From: Antechinus flavipes
Lineage: Eukaryota
NCBI RefSeq assembly: GCF_016432865.1
Contig: NC_067400.1
Location: 622,170,001 to 622,234,000 of the forward strand
DNA length: 64,000 nt
Reading direction: 5' to 3'
The number at the start of each line of letters is the position of its first letter. Within the stretch, counting starts at the first letter, position 1. Of this stretch, positions 60,675 through 64,000 are shown in pieces. The notes under the pieces are model-generated. The model was not told the origin of the DNA. It searched no databases and saw only the letters and a list, made by a program, of their open reading frames with translations. The position numbers were made by a program, and so were the translations under genes.

Positions 60675-61619
60675 TTAATTTCTGTGCACAAGTGCCTTTC
60701 CTAAAACCTTCTTCAGGGCACATAAGACATCTTTATTTCTGAGACTATAAATGATAGGGTTGAGCATAGGAGTAAGAATGGTATATAAGATGGCTAAGAC
60801 CTTGTCCTGACCTGGAGTGTGATATGACTTTGGTCTCATGTATGTAAAAATACATGGCCCATAGTACATGATAACCACAGCCAGATGGGAGGAACAAGTA
60901 AAAAAGGCTTTTCTCTGGGCCTCCATAGATTTAATGTGAAGCACAGTACGGATAATCTGGCAATAAGAGGCAAGAATGATGGAAAAGGGAGTGAGGAGGA
61001 AAACTACACCAGTCACATTGACTCCTCCTTCATAGTGTGATGTGTCAACACAGGCAAGTTTCAACATGGCTGGGACTTCACAGAAAAAGTGGTCGATGGC
61101 TCTTGTGCCACAAAAAGGAAGGTGCAGAACATAAGTTGTGTGAATTGTAGAGTTGATGGTTCCCACAAGCCAGCATCCTGCAGCCATAAGAACACTGATC
61201 TGGTGGTTCATGAGGATAGGATAACGCAGTGGGTGGCAGATAGCTACATAGCGATCATAGGACATGGCTGAGAGAAGAAGGCATTCAGAACCTAAAAAGA
61301 TGATGGAGAGGAAGATCTGGACCCCACAACCTGCAAATGTGATGGACTTCCTGCCAGATATGAAGTTACTGGCCATCTTGGGAACAATATTGGAGATGTT
61401 CAAAATATCCATGAAGGAGAGATGGCTAAGAAGGTAATACATTGGAGTGTGGAGCTGGATCTCAAAGCGAATCAGAAGAATCAAAACTGTGTTTCCTATA
61501 ATTGCCACCATAAAAATGATGAAAATAAGTGTTAAGAATAGGAATCCATATTGGTTTGGATGCAATAATCCTAAAAGAATGAAATCTTTAGAAAAAGTCT
61601 GATTCTTTTCTTCCCACAT
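60675..61619 (-). CDS. Olfactory receptor, family 2 (OR2AJ1-like), 314 aa, intact
   Basis: All OR motifs present. ATG at 61617-61619 (the track's extra codon is an upstream TTG). About 92% amino-acid identity to 8368-9312 (24 differences, manual count). Confidence 0.96.
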   Translation of the reverse strand: MWEEKNQTFSKDFILLGLLHPNQYGFLFLTLIFIIFMVAIIGNTVLILLIRFEIQLHTPMYYLLSHLSFMDILNISNIVPKMASNFISGRKSITFAGCGVQIFLSIIFLGSECLLLSAMSYDRYVAICHPLRYPILMNHQISVLMAAGCWLVGTINSTIHTTYVLHLPFCGTRAIDHFFCEVPAMLKLACVDTSHYEGGVNVTGVVFLLTPFSIILASYCQIIRTVLHIKSMEAQRKAFFTCSSHLAVVIMYYGPCIFTYMRPKSYHTPGQDKVLAILYTILTPMLNPIIYSLRNKDVLCALKKVLGKALVHRN

Positions 61620-64000
61620 CAATATTTCACTTTTTCTACCTAAAGCCCAAAAGAAAAGCTTTAGAAAAAAAAAGATTGGATAAACACAAAGCCCAAGACT
61701 GAATCTGTGGCTAAAATGATGATTGTCACAAAAGACATTTCATTTACTTAGGTCAATAAATTTCAATTCAAAGAAATCAATCAAATGAATCACTTGAATT
61801 AACTGAGATTTTGAGATGATCAATTCATGACAGAGTTGAAAAAAAATTTGAAGTAGCTCATCTAGGTAGTTCTTCATTCATCATCTTTTCGTAGTTCATT
61901 TCTTAGCTTGATAGGTCTACAGGAAGCTGACACAGCCTTTCAATGCCTTGTTTTTTCTCCTAGTTGAAGAGCAAGAAACATATTCCAATGCAATGAGGAG
62001 ATCAGAAATTAACGTACCTTTGGTAGATAACTGTTTGTTTGTAAAATAACTCTTCATAATTGCAAGAATTGAAATTTTCTTCAAGAAAGTGATATCTTTT
62101 CTTACCTCAAATATCTAAAAATCTAGTGTCTTTTTTTTTTTTTTACAAAATAAAATTACATTCCTGTGGCTACAATGGCTCGTTCAATTAAATTTATGAT
62201 ATTAACTAACATTTATATAATGTTTCTTATTTTCCAGGAAATGTATTACCTGATTTATAGTTATTATGTCTTTTGATCCTCACAATAATTCATAGAGTAA
62301 GGTGTACTTTTATCCTAATTTTACAGATTATGAAATTAGGGGAAACCAAAATTAAATAAATAAATGAATAACCCAAGGTCACACAGCTAGATTTTAACCA
62401 AGATCATCTTGACTCTAAGCCTTGCTCTATCTGCTCTATCATTTAACAATCCTATTCAAGGGACCACAATTGTTTCTAAAAAGAAATTTCTACACAAGGA
62501 TTATAGCTCTCAGTGCTTTTAAAACAGGGTTATTTCCAACATGAATTGTCACTTCAGTTTGGCCTCTCTTCTCATATTCACCTTCTTGATTGTTATTTAC
62601 AATGTATATTTTTTCTAATGTGAATTCTTTCTTCCAATAAGTTGTAGGACTGATTATGGGTAGACTTTTGACTATCAGTCACTTTACATCAATTAAATGG
62701 CAGTTATTGTCATTTGGTTTTGATGATTCTACTTGATATCCACCATAGTTCACATCTACCAATTCTCTTTTCAATTCATAACATTTTGACACAGTGTTTT
62801 GACAAAGTCCATAGTTTTTGACCATTTTATTCTTTATTCCTAATCCACCTTTCCCCCAACCTATGCTTATTCATTTCCTTTTGCATTGAAATGGATGAAT
62901 ATTAAAGTTTATGTTAGTTTACTTAAGATTGTTGACATTTGGAATTACAAAGTAGGTGCCATCCTTACTCTCAACCAACTCCATCCATCTCTTGCCAAAA
63001 CCATTCAATTTTCCCTCAGTATTATCTCTTGTACATGTGTCCTTCACAAATCTGACTCTACTACTACCGTAGAGAAGACTATTATCATCTTATACCTGAT
63101 CTATTGTAATCATCTGCTAGTTATTCTCGCTGTCTCAAGGTTATTTCTAAACTCCAGGCCAAATTTTTACTCCATTGCTGAAGTGCTGAATCTAAAACAC
63201 AATAATAAATATCTCACCAATAAACTACAGCAGCTCTTTGTCATTTCTAGAGACAAATGTAAATCTGCCTGTTGAACATTCAACGTCTTTTGTAACCTGT
63301 CCCTCACATCCCAATCTTCTCTCAATTTCATGCTATGTGAGGGTCAGGAATGTGTTGCTTCTTTTTGTGTCTTCAATATGTATATTATTTCCAGGTGCAA
63401 AGTAGGGTTTTAATAAATGCTTATTGAATGAAATTGAGTTCTTATACATCACCTCCCCAGTGTGCTCTGTGATCCAGGGATACCAACATTTACCACTGTT
63501 CTTCAAACCAGAGATCCCATCTGTCAACTATGGGCACTTTACCCTGTCCTCCATAACTGGAAGATCACTGTTTTCTGCTTCTGGTTTCCTCAGTTGTCTT
63601 CAAGTCACAAATGAAAATCCATTTTCCATGGAAAACCATCCTTATTCTTTAATTTTAAGGTCTTCACCTGGTTTATTATTTCTTAGATATTCTGTCTATT
63701 GATTGTATATAATCATTTGTATGTTTATGTCACTTACAAAATTCAAGTTCCTTGACAGTTAGGATTCTCACCCTACTTCATATCTTTAGCATTTAACAAA
63801 ATCCCTAGGATATAGTCAGAGCTTAATAAATGTTTCTTGATTGAATGATTCATTATTGTATTGATCATGGTTCTTAAGTTTTTCAAAGTTGTTTTTCTTT
63901 ACAATGAATTCATTGTATAAATTGTTCTGACTTTCTGTCTCTCTCTTTCTCACACACACACACAGAACAATAGAAAAACAGGTGAGATATGATGAGAACA

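Overview
This window is AT-rich mammalian DNA, almost certainly marsupial (MAR1-type SINEs, RTE fragments, marsupial-type L1 3' UTRs). A dasyurid origin is plausible but is inference only. It covers part of a class II olfactory receptor (OR) cluster. There are four intact single-exon OR CDSs: two OR2AJ1-like genes on the minus strand (8368-9312, 60675-61619) and two OR14C36-like genes on the plus strand (23994-24929, 42297-43235). A 48-codon OR2AJ-like remnant is fused to L1 at 5018-5161. The OR14C pair arose by a head-to-tail tandem duplication (17209-36334 and 36349-48831) whose breakpoint, later insertions and a 5.9-kb deletion can be read at base resolution. The OR2AJ genes lie in paralogous blocks about 52 kb apart, and an orphan OR2AJ upstream flank (49980-52790) points to a lost third gene. 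The rest is L1, L2, MIR, MAR1, RTE and LTR debris, microsatellites and five N gaps. I found no support for a new protein-coding system: nearly all short ORFs in the track are L1 pieces, antisense-OR frames or low-complexity artefacts. The most interesting signals are the OR-L1 chimeric ORF, apparent one-sided regulatory decay of the second OR14C copy (two O/E-like sites lost, an overlapping uORF gained), a templated inverted-repeat junction, and possible 3'-end gene conversion between the OR2AJ paralogs. All alignments and counts were done by eye and no database search was run.
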